This document shows, in pieces, positions 1 to 11,137 of a stretch of 64,000 nucleotides of DNA. The DNA comes from Marsupella aquatica (taxonomy: Eukaryota; Plantae; Marchantiophyta). Below the pieces are notes generated by a model, which searched no databases, was not told where the DNA came from, and worked only from the letters and a program-made list of their open reading frames with translations. The stretch's first letter is position 1. The number at the start of each line of letters is the position of its first letter. Location of the stretch: positions 10,228,287-10,292,286 of the forward strand of contig OZ316899.1 of NCBI GenBank assembly GCA_973895155.1, written 5' to 3'. A program made the translations under genes and the position numbers.

Positions 1-2840
1 GAGCAGGTGTTTAGGCCAAGGAAAGAAGACTTGCCGATGCAGCAACCAAGCATGCAAAATCTGCTGAAATTACTGGAGAAGGAAAAGAGAACGGTTCCGG
101 CAACGGCAACGGCACAGGACGCTGCCCCAGAAGTCGACCTAAGCCGACTCAGAAGGGAAGACCCCTTTACTGGAACAAAGGAGAGATTAAGGCCGGAACA
201 CAAGCCGGGAGTGCGAATGTACGTGGGAGCCTCAAGCCCCGAATCAGAGGGAGAGGAGCCGGGAGTCCAAGTAGTGGAGGAGGCAATGGAAGACTACAGC
301 AATGATAACTCCGGCTATGGGTCGGATCATCATGTTCCAGGAGTAAGGACCTATGGCCGATTCATCCCCACACTTCCAAGAGTAGTTTGAGGGGACCCCG
401 CCCAGCAGAGTAACCCCGAGTCTCCCCCACCAGAGGTTTCTCCCCCGAGCTTTGACGGCATAAAGCAAACGGCACAAGAATTTCAGGAGCAACTTAGGGA
501 GGAAGAGAGAGCAGCCCTGGCTAGGGAGAAGGATTTACCAGGAGGAGATTGGCCGGAGGACATCAAGCGGCTTGCCAAGAAAAGAAGCAACCCTCTTGCC
601 ACCGTAGAAGAAATCCGCAAGACGGCTTGGGAGCAGAGGCCGCGGTGGTTGATGCCGATGACTTCTAGTTACTCCACCTATGCTAAGGATAGAGCCATGG
701 AGTACGGGGAGATGTGTGGGGACCTGGCGCTCAGCATCTTTGGGGAGGAGTTGGAGCAGGGACCCTTTTTCCAGAGGGAGATGTTGGAAAAGCACCGATT
801 AGAAGAAGCGGTGGCTTTGGAGAGAAGCAAGAAGGACGAGGTCATCTGGCGGCTTAGGGAGAAGGAAGCCGAGGTGTAAGACCTGGGGGCGGCCAAGAAA
901 GCCCAAGATGAGTTGCGGATTAAGCGGCATGAGCTAAACATCATGCAGGGGCAGTTGGATACCGCTCAGTCTGACAATCAGATTATCAAAGATAAACTGA
1001 CTCGGACCCAAGGAGAGTTGGCCGGCGCAGTCAAGGAGAGAGAGAAATGGAAGCGGGGAGCTAAGGGATGCAGAGGAAGCCCACTTAGCAACCAACAATC
1101 GGGCCATGGCGGAGAACCAGAGAAGGGAGAGGGCATTGAAAGGAGAGCTCGAAGATATCCGCGGAGCCCTTGAGCAGAAGGAAGCAGAGTTAGGGAAATC
1201 CTATCAAGGGATTATTGCGCTGCAGAAGGAGCTTGCGTCCCTGACGGCCAGCTTCAAGGCCGACCTGCGTGAAAAGGACGACCAGCTCGACCAGACTTAT
1301 GCCAAGATGAATAAGATGGAGTCTGTGGTCGTCGCAGAGCTCGACAGGGAGCTAAGAGCAACCCAGGAGGAGAGGGCTACCTTGAAAAGAGAATTGGAGG
1401 AAGCCAATAAGGAGCTGGAGGAGGCATGCAAGGACCTGGACGAGACCCAAGAGGAGTTGGAGGAAATCACGAGGAAGATGGAGAACCTACAGCGGCGGGC
1501 CGACAACCAAACGGAGCGGTTGAAGACACAAGCCGCAGTATTTAAATGCTTGGCTTCATCAGGTCCAACTCCAATTGGTGGAACCCAGTTACCAGGGGTA
1601 GTATTGGCCGAAGGATAAGCCGTAACACTCACCCCGGTGTTGGAGGTAAGTGGCAAGGGGAAGGAACCGGCTGTCGAAATAGGGAAGAAGAAGAAGAGGA
1701 AACCTTCTAGGTCTGGGAGTTATACGGCTTCTCAAGCGATTGTGACCGAGAAGATAAACCCGGCACCAACCTCTGGCATCGGCACGGTAGTGGATCCACC
1801 AGTCCTAGGAAGTGAAGATGGCAAGGCCGAAGACGGGAGAACCAGTAATGCTACCGAGGTACCAGGTCCTCCATTAGAACATGCCGGGGAGGCCGTAGCC
1901 GTAGCAGAGGCCGTGACCAATGCTGAGGCCGAAGCCGAGGGTGGACCCAGTCAGGCCGATGAAGAGTTGACTTGGTCAGGGGCAGGTAATCTGTTAGAGG
2001 ACGGACCAACGGCAGTGGCTACGGAGGAAGCATTGGGGGCGTCCATTGAGGACCAGCCACCGGTGTCGTGACGGTGTAAGGGCGCCGTCCCTTTTAGGGA
2101 GGGCGGACGTGGAGGTAGGAGGCGTGAGTGGGTAGGGCGGGCGCTGATCTCCAAGTTTAGACTTAGGATCAGGATCAGGAGACGGCCCTGACACTTAGAT
2201 TAGTGGGATTTCGGATCCACGGGTGTGGACGACACTTGTGCTCTTGCCTCGCTGTACTTAGGTAGATTACAGTTAGGTAGATTACAGTAGGTAGTTTAGG
2301 CTTACGCTGCAAGGAATCAAGCGAATCCACAACCAGGATAAGTACCTGGGCTACGGGGAGTTCAGGGCCTCTTCTTTAGCAAATTTTTAGTTGCACCAGC
2401 AGGGCTGGGATCAAGTAGTAAGAGAAGCTCTCGGTTAGTTATACAGTGACCCTTGTATATATTCATGTTTCCTCATACTTAAGAACTGAATAGAGTTGGC
2501 CTCACGGCTTAGTTTGCAGAGCTTGTGTATGAGATGTACTATTTGTATGGCAAGTGCATGGTATAACTCAGTCAGAAGGAGTCATTTTGCTATTTGTGTG
2601 TCGCATTAACTTGTGTGAAGAGTGCCCACATCAACTAATAGAGGAATAGAAGTAAGCAGGGGAGTGAGAGTTGGATGTGTCGAGCTGAGAGAGGTCTTAG
2701 CGGCTTAACCAAGCCAATTGGGGATCATTCCGGCGGCGGAATCCAAACATACCTAATGGAGGACCAGGAGAGGAATACAAGGGAGGGACTAGAATAGGCC
2801 GGCTAAGTATCTCATGACCCGATGAAGGATCTGTCCAGTA
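1..2840 (+). mobile_element. 3' part of a gene-bearing LTR-like retroelement segment, same family as 22856-25490 and 58992-63034; begins before the window
   Basis: ORF pieces align with those at 24654-25480 (VPGVRTYGRF vs VPGVRTMGRF; EYGEMCGDLALSIFGEELEQGPF vs EYGDMCGLLALEIFGNELESGPF). ctcat..gaaggat.tg.cc at ~2811-2836 resembles the sub-terminal sequence of the 58992-63034 element. The terminal ...CA is not seen. Confidence 0.65.
7..2071 (+). pseudogene. Fragmented retroelement accessory ORF: low-complexity region plus long coiled-coil
   Basis: Consecutive ORF pieces 7-390, 649-879, 913-1173, 1106-1618, 1637-2071 separated by TGA/TAA stops and frameshifts; E/K/L heptad-rich. Confidence 0.75.
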
Positions 2841-2885
2841 TATATGTGTAAAATGTTAATAATAGATTAGCAGCGTCCCATGCCG

Positions 2886-3386
2886 CTAAACCGCGGAAAC
2901 GGCCTCGCCAAGGACAAAACCTACGGGAATCGGCTTGACCAAGGGGGTTTCTTGGGTTTGGGGAGGTAGGGGAAGCACCACATGACCATCCCGAACTGGA
3001 TCCAAAACTGCAACACCTTTGAGCATTGACCAAATCCGGGGCCAGATGTGCAACTCCACAACATCATCAGGCAACCCTGGCATCAAGTTACTCACTGGAG
3101 GGTGACATCGTAGGGGATAACGAGGATTCCAAATGCGACCACGGTCTTGTTCCTTACTAGCCAGAAGCGTCCGCAATTCCAATCTAAGCTTTTGTTGTGT
3201 CCTATCAATCAAAAGCTCACGTTCGCCTGCGCCACGATCCATAGTAAGTTTGTAACAAAAAAACATGCTTAATCTGAGAGCGGGCCGATGGTCTACCCTC
3301 CTAATGTGACCCTGTCCATAGCAAACCCTAAACACTAAACCGACAAGGACAACGAATACATAATATCGGCCACATAAAACGGTCAT
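2886..3386 (-). pseudogene. Small ORF with an F-box-like motif
   Basis: NLMPGLPDDVVELHIWPRI resembles the plant F-box start (LIPGLPDD...). No downstream Kelch or LRR region seen. Confidence 0.4.
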
Positions 3387-4640
3387 TTTTCCTAAACCCT
3401 AAACCCTAAACCCTAGGCCCAAAACAGGTGACCCTATTTGGCTGTTTGGTAAATGTTGGCGAGGGTCTCTGAAATACAATGTCGGCGAGGGTCTCCAAGA
3501 TACAATGAGGAAGGAAACCTGTTCATGTCGGCGGAGGTCGCCCAGATCAGACAATACCGGCATTTGATACAAGTTTGCCGACCTCAAAGTCAAGATTGGT
3601 TGGTCATTTTTCCTAAACCCTAGGCCCAACACAGGTGACCCGATTCAGCTGTTTGGTAAATGTCGGCGAGGGTCTCCAAAATACAATGTCGGTGAGGGTC
3701 TCCAAAATACAATGTCGGCGAGGGTCTCCAAAATACAATGTCGAAGAGGGTCTTCAAAATACTCTGTCAGCGAGGGTCTGAGTAATACCCTGTCAGCGAG
3801 GGTCTCAGTAATACAATGTCGGCGAGGGTCTCCAAAATACCCTGTCAGCAAGGGTCTCAGTAATACAATGTCGGCGAGGATCTCCAAGATACAATGAGGA
3901 AGGAAACCTCTTCATGTTGGCGGAGGTCACCGAGATCAGACAATACCGGCATTTGATACAAGGTTGTCAACCTTAGAGTCAAGATTGGTTGGTTAACACA
4001 TTCATCCATTCATAGGAACCGTTGATACATAATATCGGTCACATAAAACCGCGTCTTTTTTCCTAAACCCTAAACCCTAGTCCCAAAACAGGTAACCCTA
4101 TTTGGCTATTTGGTAAATGTCGGCGAGGGTCTCCGAAATACAATGTCGGCGAGGGTCTTCGAGATACAATGAGGAAGGAAACCTGTTCATGTTGGCGGAG
4201 GTCACCGAGATCAGACAATACCGGAATTTGATACAAGGTTGTTGACCTCAAAGTCAAGATTGGTTGGTTAACATATTCATCCATTCATAGGAACCGTTGA
4301 TACATAATATCGGTCACATAAAACCGCGTCTTTTTTCCTAAACCCTAAACCCTAGTCCCAAAAAGGTAACCCTATTCGGCTATTTGGTAAATGTTGGCGA
4401 GGGTCTCCGAAATACAATGTCGGCGAGGGTCTCTGGGATACAATGAAGAAGGATACAATGAGGAAGGAAACCCTATTCGGCTATTTGGTAAATATCGGCG
4501 AGGGTCTTCGAGATACGATGTCGGCAATGGTCTCCGAAATACAATGTCGACGGAGGTCGCCGAGATCAGACAATACCTGCATTTGATACAAGGTTGTTGA
4601 CCTCAGTTAGAGTCAAGATTGGTTGGTTAACACATTGATC
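3350..4640. repeat. Compound tandem repeat: ~295 bp units, ~27 bp sub-units (AATACAATGTCGGCGAGGGTCTCC) and short CCCTAAA runs
   Basis: The block caataccggcatttgatacaag...agtcaagattggttgg recurs at ~3552, 3941, 4217 and 4571. CCCTAAA runs at ~3390, 4062, 4337. Confidence 0.9.
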
Positions 4641-7600
4641 CGTGTCGATATTCCTTTTCAAGATGTTTGCAAAGCACCAGTACAAGTGCTTGCACGAGAA
4701 GTAGGCTCTTCCCATAGACTCCCTGTACATGAAATCCTTGCAGGAGCAACTTGGGAAGACACAGATCTGTACGCAATGTATTGAAGTTTGGCCCCTGCAA
4801 GTGTTGTTCACCATGAGCCTCACGCCTGTAGCATTCCCTATTTCGATTCTCCTCATTGATGTGCACACAATTGCCTCGGTCTTAGCATTACGGATACGTG
4901 TGGCAGCGTACTTGGAGGTGTCTGACCTCCTTCGCCTTGCCTGGCCATTGCGTCGAGTACCACGCTCATTAGGCATTGTTGGATCTATCCGCTCTGGGTA
5001 TGTGTTCAAATCCATTATGATGTCGCCAGCACTCACCAATTCATTCATAACATCTTCACCAAAAGTGACGTCCACTCCATTGTTGTGCAAGAACAAGACC
5101 TCTTCTTCTGTAAGATTAGTTCCACGAGAGACAAGAAACTTTGAAGGCAGTGGTGGTAAAACACCGGTAATAAATGGCAAGATGATTTTGTGCAACACTG
5201 GTTGTTTGGGCAAAACCAATACAGATATGGAACACCTGGTTCGTTAAATTTACTCCCAGCCAGCCAACAGATACCGACAACGCCTAATCCGCTTACTTTT
5301 AGTCCTGCCTCTCTAATAAATTGAGCACATACTCCCCATTCCTTGCCTTTGAATGCACCTCGACAACTGGGACTCTTACCAATCGTTGAGATGCGAGCCA
5401 AAAAGAACATGCCTGGAATCAAATCACTTTCCTGAACACATCTTCTGACGGGCTCTGGACGTGGGGTTGACCTCGTCTTTCGGGGTTCCACAATGACAAC
5501 ATCTGGTTTGCCCGAGCCATAAGAGTCATCGGACGACAAATCCACAACTTCAGCATCCTGGCTTTTCAAGTTTGCTTCCCTATTTGCAATCCCCCTGAAC
5601 TTCCTCTTCTTTGGTCTGGTTACCAAAACACTGTCAGGCCGGTGGGAATCTTCTACTACAACATGATGGCCAGTAGCGGCCTTCCCGCGTTTCATCGGAA
5701 CCGTTTCTACATCTTCGCTAAGTGGGTCCGTGGATGAGAACTCACGCAAGTGTGGTTGAGTTACAGCGGTGTTCAATTTTGGAAAGAAAGATTCTACATT
5801 CCCAACGGCAGTAGCATCTCAAAGTCGAAGTTCAAACAAGCTCGGTCCCCGTCCTTTCCTCCCACTGAGTTTGTAGTTCTTCAAAGCTCCATTCTGGCTC
5901 AACGCGCGAGATGCATCCAGGGTACAAGATTGTACTAACCCAACCTTTGTACTAGATGAGGATTTACGCATAGATGCGTGTACCGACTCTGCCCCGTTGT
6001 GGTTAGGCATGAGTGTTGTCTTTTCTCTGTCCATCTCCTGCAATATTGTTCCAGTAAACATCTCAATTTTGGTCATTTTTTATGTTCTAGGCAACAGACA
6101 AAATAGGTGTATTAGAGCATATCTCGAAGAGCTTCGCCGAGATCCGATGTGTTTAGGGTCATGCATAGAGAGGGAAAGTGTTAAGACACTTACGAGTCTC
6201 AAAAAGTTTCCCCACTGAGAAAACCGAACAATCCACCAAGACATCCACGTGGTGAGCTCCTTTGCTTTTCCTGGTAGCGCATTGCCCTCATTCCACCACG
6301 TTTTCAGCTTCTCAAAAACTCGATAGGCAAGAACTATATTACCGGCGTGCCGAAGTGAATCCAACAATTCTTTATGCTCAAATCTCTTACTTGGGACAAT
6401 GTGCTTCTGCATTCTCTGTACTGATTGGGCCCAGTGAAATGCATCAGACCTCTCTCTATGGGAATTTACCTTTCCATCCCAAAATTCATTGCGGATCGCA
6501 TTCCACCCAGCAGCAGCATTATCAGCCATAAATCCACAGAACTACACATTCTTCAGCCCATGTTCTTCACATACCCTCCTCATGACCTTCCATGCAGTTT
6601 GCAATGACTTGCTATCTTCTAAAACTAGCTCACATACAAAGATTGTGCATAAGCCTTGATAGAAATGGTCATATACGTGTGCAGACATAGTGCACCATCT
6701 ATTGTCAAGTATGCGGTGCATGACATCAGACATTACCCAAGAATGCTCAAGATCCCCTCCTGGCTACATTCTTCGAACAAGGTCCACTCCTGACCCGGGA
6801 CCTTCTGTACTCATTTTAAAAATGTGTGGCCGCTCATTTGTTCCCACGTTATGGGCTGGGAGCAAAACACTTTGGATAAAAGGAAATGCAGTCTGCTTCC
6901 GCATCTCTAGTATCATGCTTACATCAGACGACACATGAGAGTATCTCTTGATGCTCCTGATCATTGAGCGGAAAACAGATTTGTCGCCCAGAATGGCCAA
7001 CATTTCATCAAGGTCGCTTGCCTCCTCAATGGTGACCATCTCAGCCACTGGGTCCTCAAAATTATCTTTAAGTTTCTGTACTACTTCAACCTTGATCACA
7101 GACGGCCATGTAGTAGGACTCCTCTTCAGTTCCTCCTCCACAAGATTACACACAAGTGATCGTTGATCTTTGTTGTGCGTGAACATTGCGGAATGGGTGT
7201 GATTTCCAACATGCATGGCAACACAAGACTTGTGACAGTAATTAAGGTCGTCCTTGGTTGGAGTGATGTAGTACATCTCACTTGGGCATCCAGCTATACA
7301 CCTAGGAGGCCTCCTATAGAAGCTACAAATTACACTTGATGGGGGAAGATCGCATCCAACAGTGAAAGGCAGCTCATTTGTGCCTGCTCGATCTCGGGTC
7401 CACTTTGCAGAATTGTGCTCTTTGCGCTCTTCAAAATTCTCACAATCCCTATGCATACAACGCAGAGAACCCAAACACTTCACAGTTTGGATCTTGTAAG
7501 AGTGACTGTTGTTGTTTAGCTTTGGGCCGATATTTGCTCCTGTCTCAATCAACCTGCTCCACATGTAACAATCATTCTTTCGCTCCATGCCCAAAAAGAA

Positions 7601-8826
7601 ACACCCCTTTGAGTATGGACCTGTAAAAGGTGGCAACTCAAAAACATGGTGTCCATCATACACTTCTGGTAATCGTTGAACTCTCTCCGGCAATTTTGTG
7701 CTCAAAATCTTACGAGCAGCTTGTACACATCGAGAGGTCCCTTTCCCGTGTAGCATGGCATGAACAACACTGACAAGGAACTCATCCTTCCATATTGAAT
7801 TGCCTTCTCAAAGACCCTCTCTGAGAAGGAATGCCTTTGATCGAGGTGTCTCCTTTGGTGGAGTATAAGCAGCTCCTCGATCCTCCCAAAATTGGGATGA
7901 TGTAGACTCAGGTGTATTCATCCGAGAAGGTTCACCATCTTGAAGACCCCCTCTGAGATTGAATGCACTTGATCGAGGTTTCTCTTTCACTGGTGTATCA
8001 CCATCTCCAAGATCCTCCCACATTTGGAATGAATTGGACCCAGGTGTACTTGTCCGAGGAGGTTCACCATCTCGAAGACCACCTCTGAGATTGAATGCAC
8101 TTGATCAAGGTTTCTCTTTCACTGGTGTATCACCATCTCCAAGATCCTCCCACATTTGGAATGATTGGACCCAGGTGTACTTGTCCGAGGAGGTTCACCA
8201 TCTCGAAGACCCCCTCTGAGATTGAATGCACTTGATCAACGTTTCTCCTTCACTGGTGTATCCACATCTCCAACATCTTCCCACATATGGAATGAATTTG
8301 ACCAAGGTGTACTCAATCGAGAAGGTTCACCATGTCGAAGACCCCCTCTGAGATTGATTGCACTGGGTTGAGGTGTCTCCTTCACTAGCTCATCTGCCTC
8401 TCCAACATCCTGCCACACTGGCGACGAATTTGAGTGGGGTCTACCAACTCGGTGAATGTCCTCCCAAACTTGGGACGATTTCTGACGCGGTGTATTGTTC
8501 CATAATTCACTTGGTTCATCAATCTGTGGGGAGTGCGCAAAATCTCCAAGACCCTCACTAACATTGCATGAACTTGCTTTCTTTTTGCAGATAGTATAGG
8601 ACACGCCACATTTTAGATACCACTCTTGCTCATCTCCATCGCCTTTGGATTCAGCAAAAGTGGACAACCCATCTTCTCTCTCCTCGTAAATCATGAAATC
8701 CCCTACCTTCAAACCAAATCGGCTTGCTACTTCATGCTCCTTAGTGACTCAAACACTGTCTCCCTCAATCTGACAAAGAACAACAACATCCCCGGTTACT
8801 GATCGGATTATCACAAGAGAAGCCAT
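4566..8826 (-). pseudogene. Mutator-like (MULE) DDE transposase with an N-terminal GCM/WRKY-like Zn domain and a C-terminal SWIM finger; disrupted
   Basis: GCM-like: KCLGSLRC..C...VIC...C..GCP...HVGNHTH. MULE core: MSDVMH, FMADNAAAGWNAIR, DAFHW (CxxH position), NGAESVHAS. SWIM: SCSCKDF...CKHLYW. GT-AG intron at ~6193-6038; several stops and frameshifts. The start at 8826 is inferred. Confidence 0.85.
7800..8410 (-). repeat. ~120 bp coding tandem repeat (4-5 units) in the transposase N-terminal region
   Basis: Repeated peptide MWEDLGDGDTPVKEKPRSSAFNLRGGL; DNA repeat gaagacccctctgagattgaatgcacttgatc. Confidence 0.9.
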
Positions 8827-8897
8827 GTGTCCCAAATCCACACTGGGAATGTTAGTCCCCAGGCCTTCGGCTTTATACATCAGACGTTAAAGTCTTG

Positions 8898-9152
8898 GTA
8901 CCACTTTATGCCAATAATACCGCACTTTCAGGCTTAGAACTTGGGCGGTACATCAGACGTTAAAGTACCCGTACTTTATGCCAAGAATACCGTTCCGAAC
9001 AACGTGCGTACCATATAACGATCGTAGAATCCGGAGCGTACATATAACAACTGTACCACAAAGAAGGTACCTATTTGCTAGCGGCCGCCAAGAAGGTACA
9101 GATTCTGCACATGTACAAGGTACATATTTGCCAGCAGCCGCCAACAAGGTAC
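8898..9152. promoter_or_regulatory. GTAC cluster upstream of the transposase
   Basis: 12 GTAC tetramers in ~255 bp, counted by eye. Confidence 0.45.
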
Positions 9153-9294
9153 ATGCGAACTTTGGGGATGTAGTATATTCTCCAAGATTCCGTCCGGCTT
9201 GCCTTAGAATACATTTCTTCTTCTTCCGTCGTGTGACTTATAATCCCCTCTGCAAAAATGCCTGACTTGAAGGATGAATAAATAGCCTTCCAAC

Positions 9295-9790
9295 TTCCTA
9301 CTCGGCGAGGGTCTCTGACATGCGGTCGCACTATCTGGCGAGCCTCTTTGTGGTGGATTAGGGACTTCCTTGGTCGTTGAGTGTCATTTACTTTTCATCC
9401 CAAGTCATTCTCGGCGGGGGTCTCCGAGATTTTGAGATGGATTCTCATAGACTTTTACCTAGACTCCTACTCGGCGAGGGTCTCTGACATGCGGTCGCGC
9501 TATCTGGCGAGCCTCTTTGTGGTGGATTAGGGACTTCCTTGGTCGCTGAGTGTCATTTACTTTTCATCCCAAGTCATTCTCGGCGGGGGTCTCCAAGATT
9601 CTAAGATGGATTCTCATAGACTTTTACCTAGACTCCTACTCGGCGAGGGTCTCTAACATGCGGTCGCGCTATCTGGCGAGCCTCTCTATGGTGGATTAGA
9701 GACACTTGCGGCGGCCCACATAACACTTCCTCACTTGAAGTGTCATTTAGTTTCCACCCTAAATTATTCTTGGTGGGGGTCTCTGAGATG
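9295..9790. repeat. ~169 bp tandem repeat x3
   Basis: tcctactcggcgagggtctctgacatgcggtcgc.ctatctggcgagcctct at ~9296, 9465 and 9634. Confidence 0.9.
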
Positions 9791-9949
9791 GACTCGGGTC
9801 ATTTGGGCAATAGTATTTGTACTCGGCGAGACTCTCTGAGATGGTACAACTGTACGGACAAGCGATCCGTATAAAATTACATTGTAAAAACATTGAAAAG
9901 TACTGTACGGTCAGTTTTTGCATGCACTTTTGGGTTCATCCTTGTATTT

Positions 9950-10582
9950 TGGCGAGGGTCTCTGACATCGGATGTTGGATAGAACCAATTTGGGTCCTTC
10001 CTTTGAAACAGAATACCCTTAATTTCATCTTGGAGAGGGTCTTTGAGAGACACAGTGTATGTTGTAGCTAACCCTTTGAAACTGTTAACAGGGTCCACAA
10101 GTGGTGTCATCTGGCCAAAGTACGCCCACGACTCCATCTCAGAGAGGGTCTTCGAGAGGCTGGGTCTCATTTGGCGACCTTTCTGACCCAATAGACGATC
10201 TGGGAGAACTGCTCTCTGGCCACTTGGGGCACACGGCTCCATCTCAGAGAGGGTCTCCAAGCGATTGGGTGGCATCTCGCTTCCCATTCCACCCAAGACG
10301 CGATTGACAATTTTTGCCGTCTGGCCGTTCGGGCCACACCACTCCATCTCAGAGAGGGTCTCTGACATCGAATGTGGGATAGAACCAATTTGGGTCCTTC
10401 CTTTGAAACAGAAAACCCTTAATTTCATCTCGGAGAGGGTCTCTGAGAGACACAGTGTATGTTGTAGCTAACCCTTTGAAAACTGTTAACAGGGCCCACA
10501 AGTGGTGTCATCTGGCCAAAGTATGCCCACAACTCCATCTCAGAGAGGGTCTTCGAGAGGCTGGCGACCTTTTTGACCCAAG
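9950..10582. repeat. ~400 bp-period direct duplication containing palindromic motifs
   Basis: gatagaaccaatttgggtccttcctttgaaacagaa...agtggtgtcatctggccaaagta at ~9978 and ~10378. Confidence 0.85.
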
Positions 10583-10643
10583 AGGCGTACTTTTCCACTG
10601 TGAAGTTCGCTAGTGTTGGACTTTTTTCTACTTCTCATATTTT

Positions 10644-10713
10644 ACCCTGAACCCTAAACCCTAAACCCCTAAACGCTAAACCCTAAATTCTTCCCTAAAT
10701 CCTAAACCCTAAA
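10644..10713. repeat. Interstitial plant telomere-like repeat (CCCTAAA)n / telo-box cluster
   Basis: ccctgaaccctaaaccctaaacccctaaacgctaaaccctaaa...ccctaaatcctaaaccctaaac. Confidence 0.85.
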
Positions 10714-10968
10714 CATAATTGGCCGCCTTTATTAAGTCTCCTCCAACAAACCCTCCTTGATCTTGTTGACTTGTGCTCTTCCCCGTTCGTTTAACCCCAA
10801 TTTCCTCTTTTAGTTAAGCCACCCAAATGATAATGCATGTGGGCAACCATTTCCTCTTTGAGCTGACGCACCAAGATGTTGACACGTCTCAATAGGCCTC
10901 GGAATGAAATGACGGCGAGGGTCTCCTACATTTGGACTCATTTGAGTTGTAGGCCGAAGTCCCTAATT

Positions 10969-11137
10969 GTACCCTAAATGTACCCTAAACTCTCTCGTAC
11001 TAGTGGTGGTCAGTACTCGCGTTAGCATTGTGTACTTTCTTGTTTGGGCCGTTAACAACATGTACGTATCAAAGTATAGTTAGGATCTCCCGTATCTATT
11101 GCATACTTTAGTGTTGTGCAGTACGTGCGACCGGTAC
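10969..11137. promoter_or_regulatory. GTAC cluster upstream of ParB/MTase-like gene 1
   Basis: 8 GTAC tetramers in ~170 bp. Confidence 0.4.

Noticed and set aside
3390-3415. True telomere or chromosome end
   Set aside because: Only 3-4 units embedded in a larger repeat.
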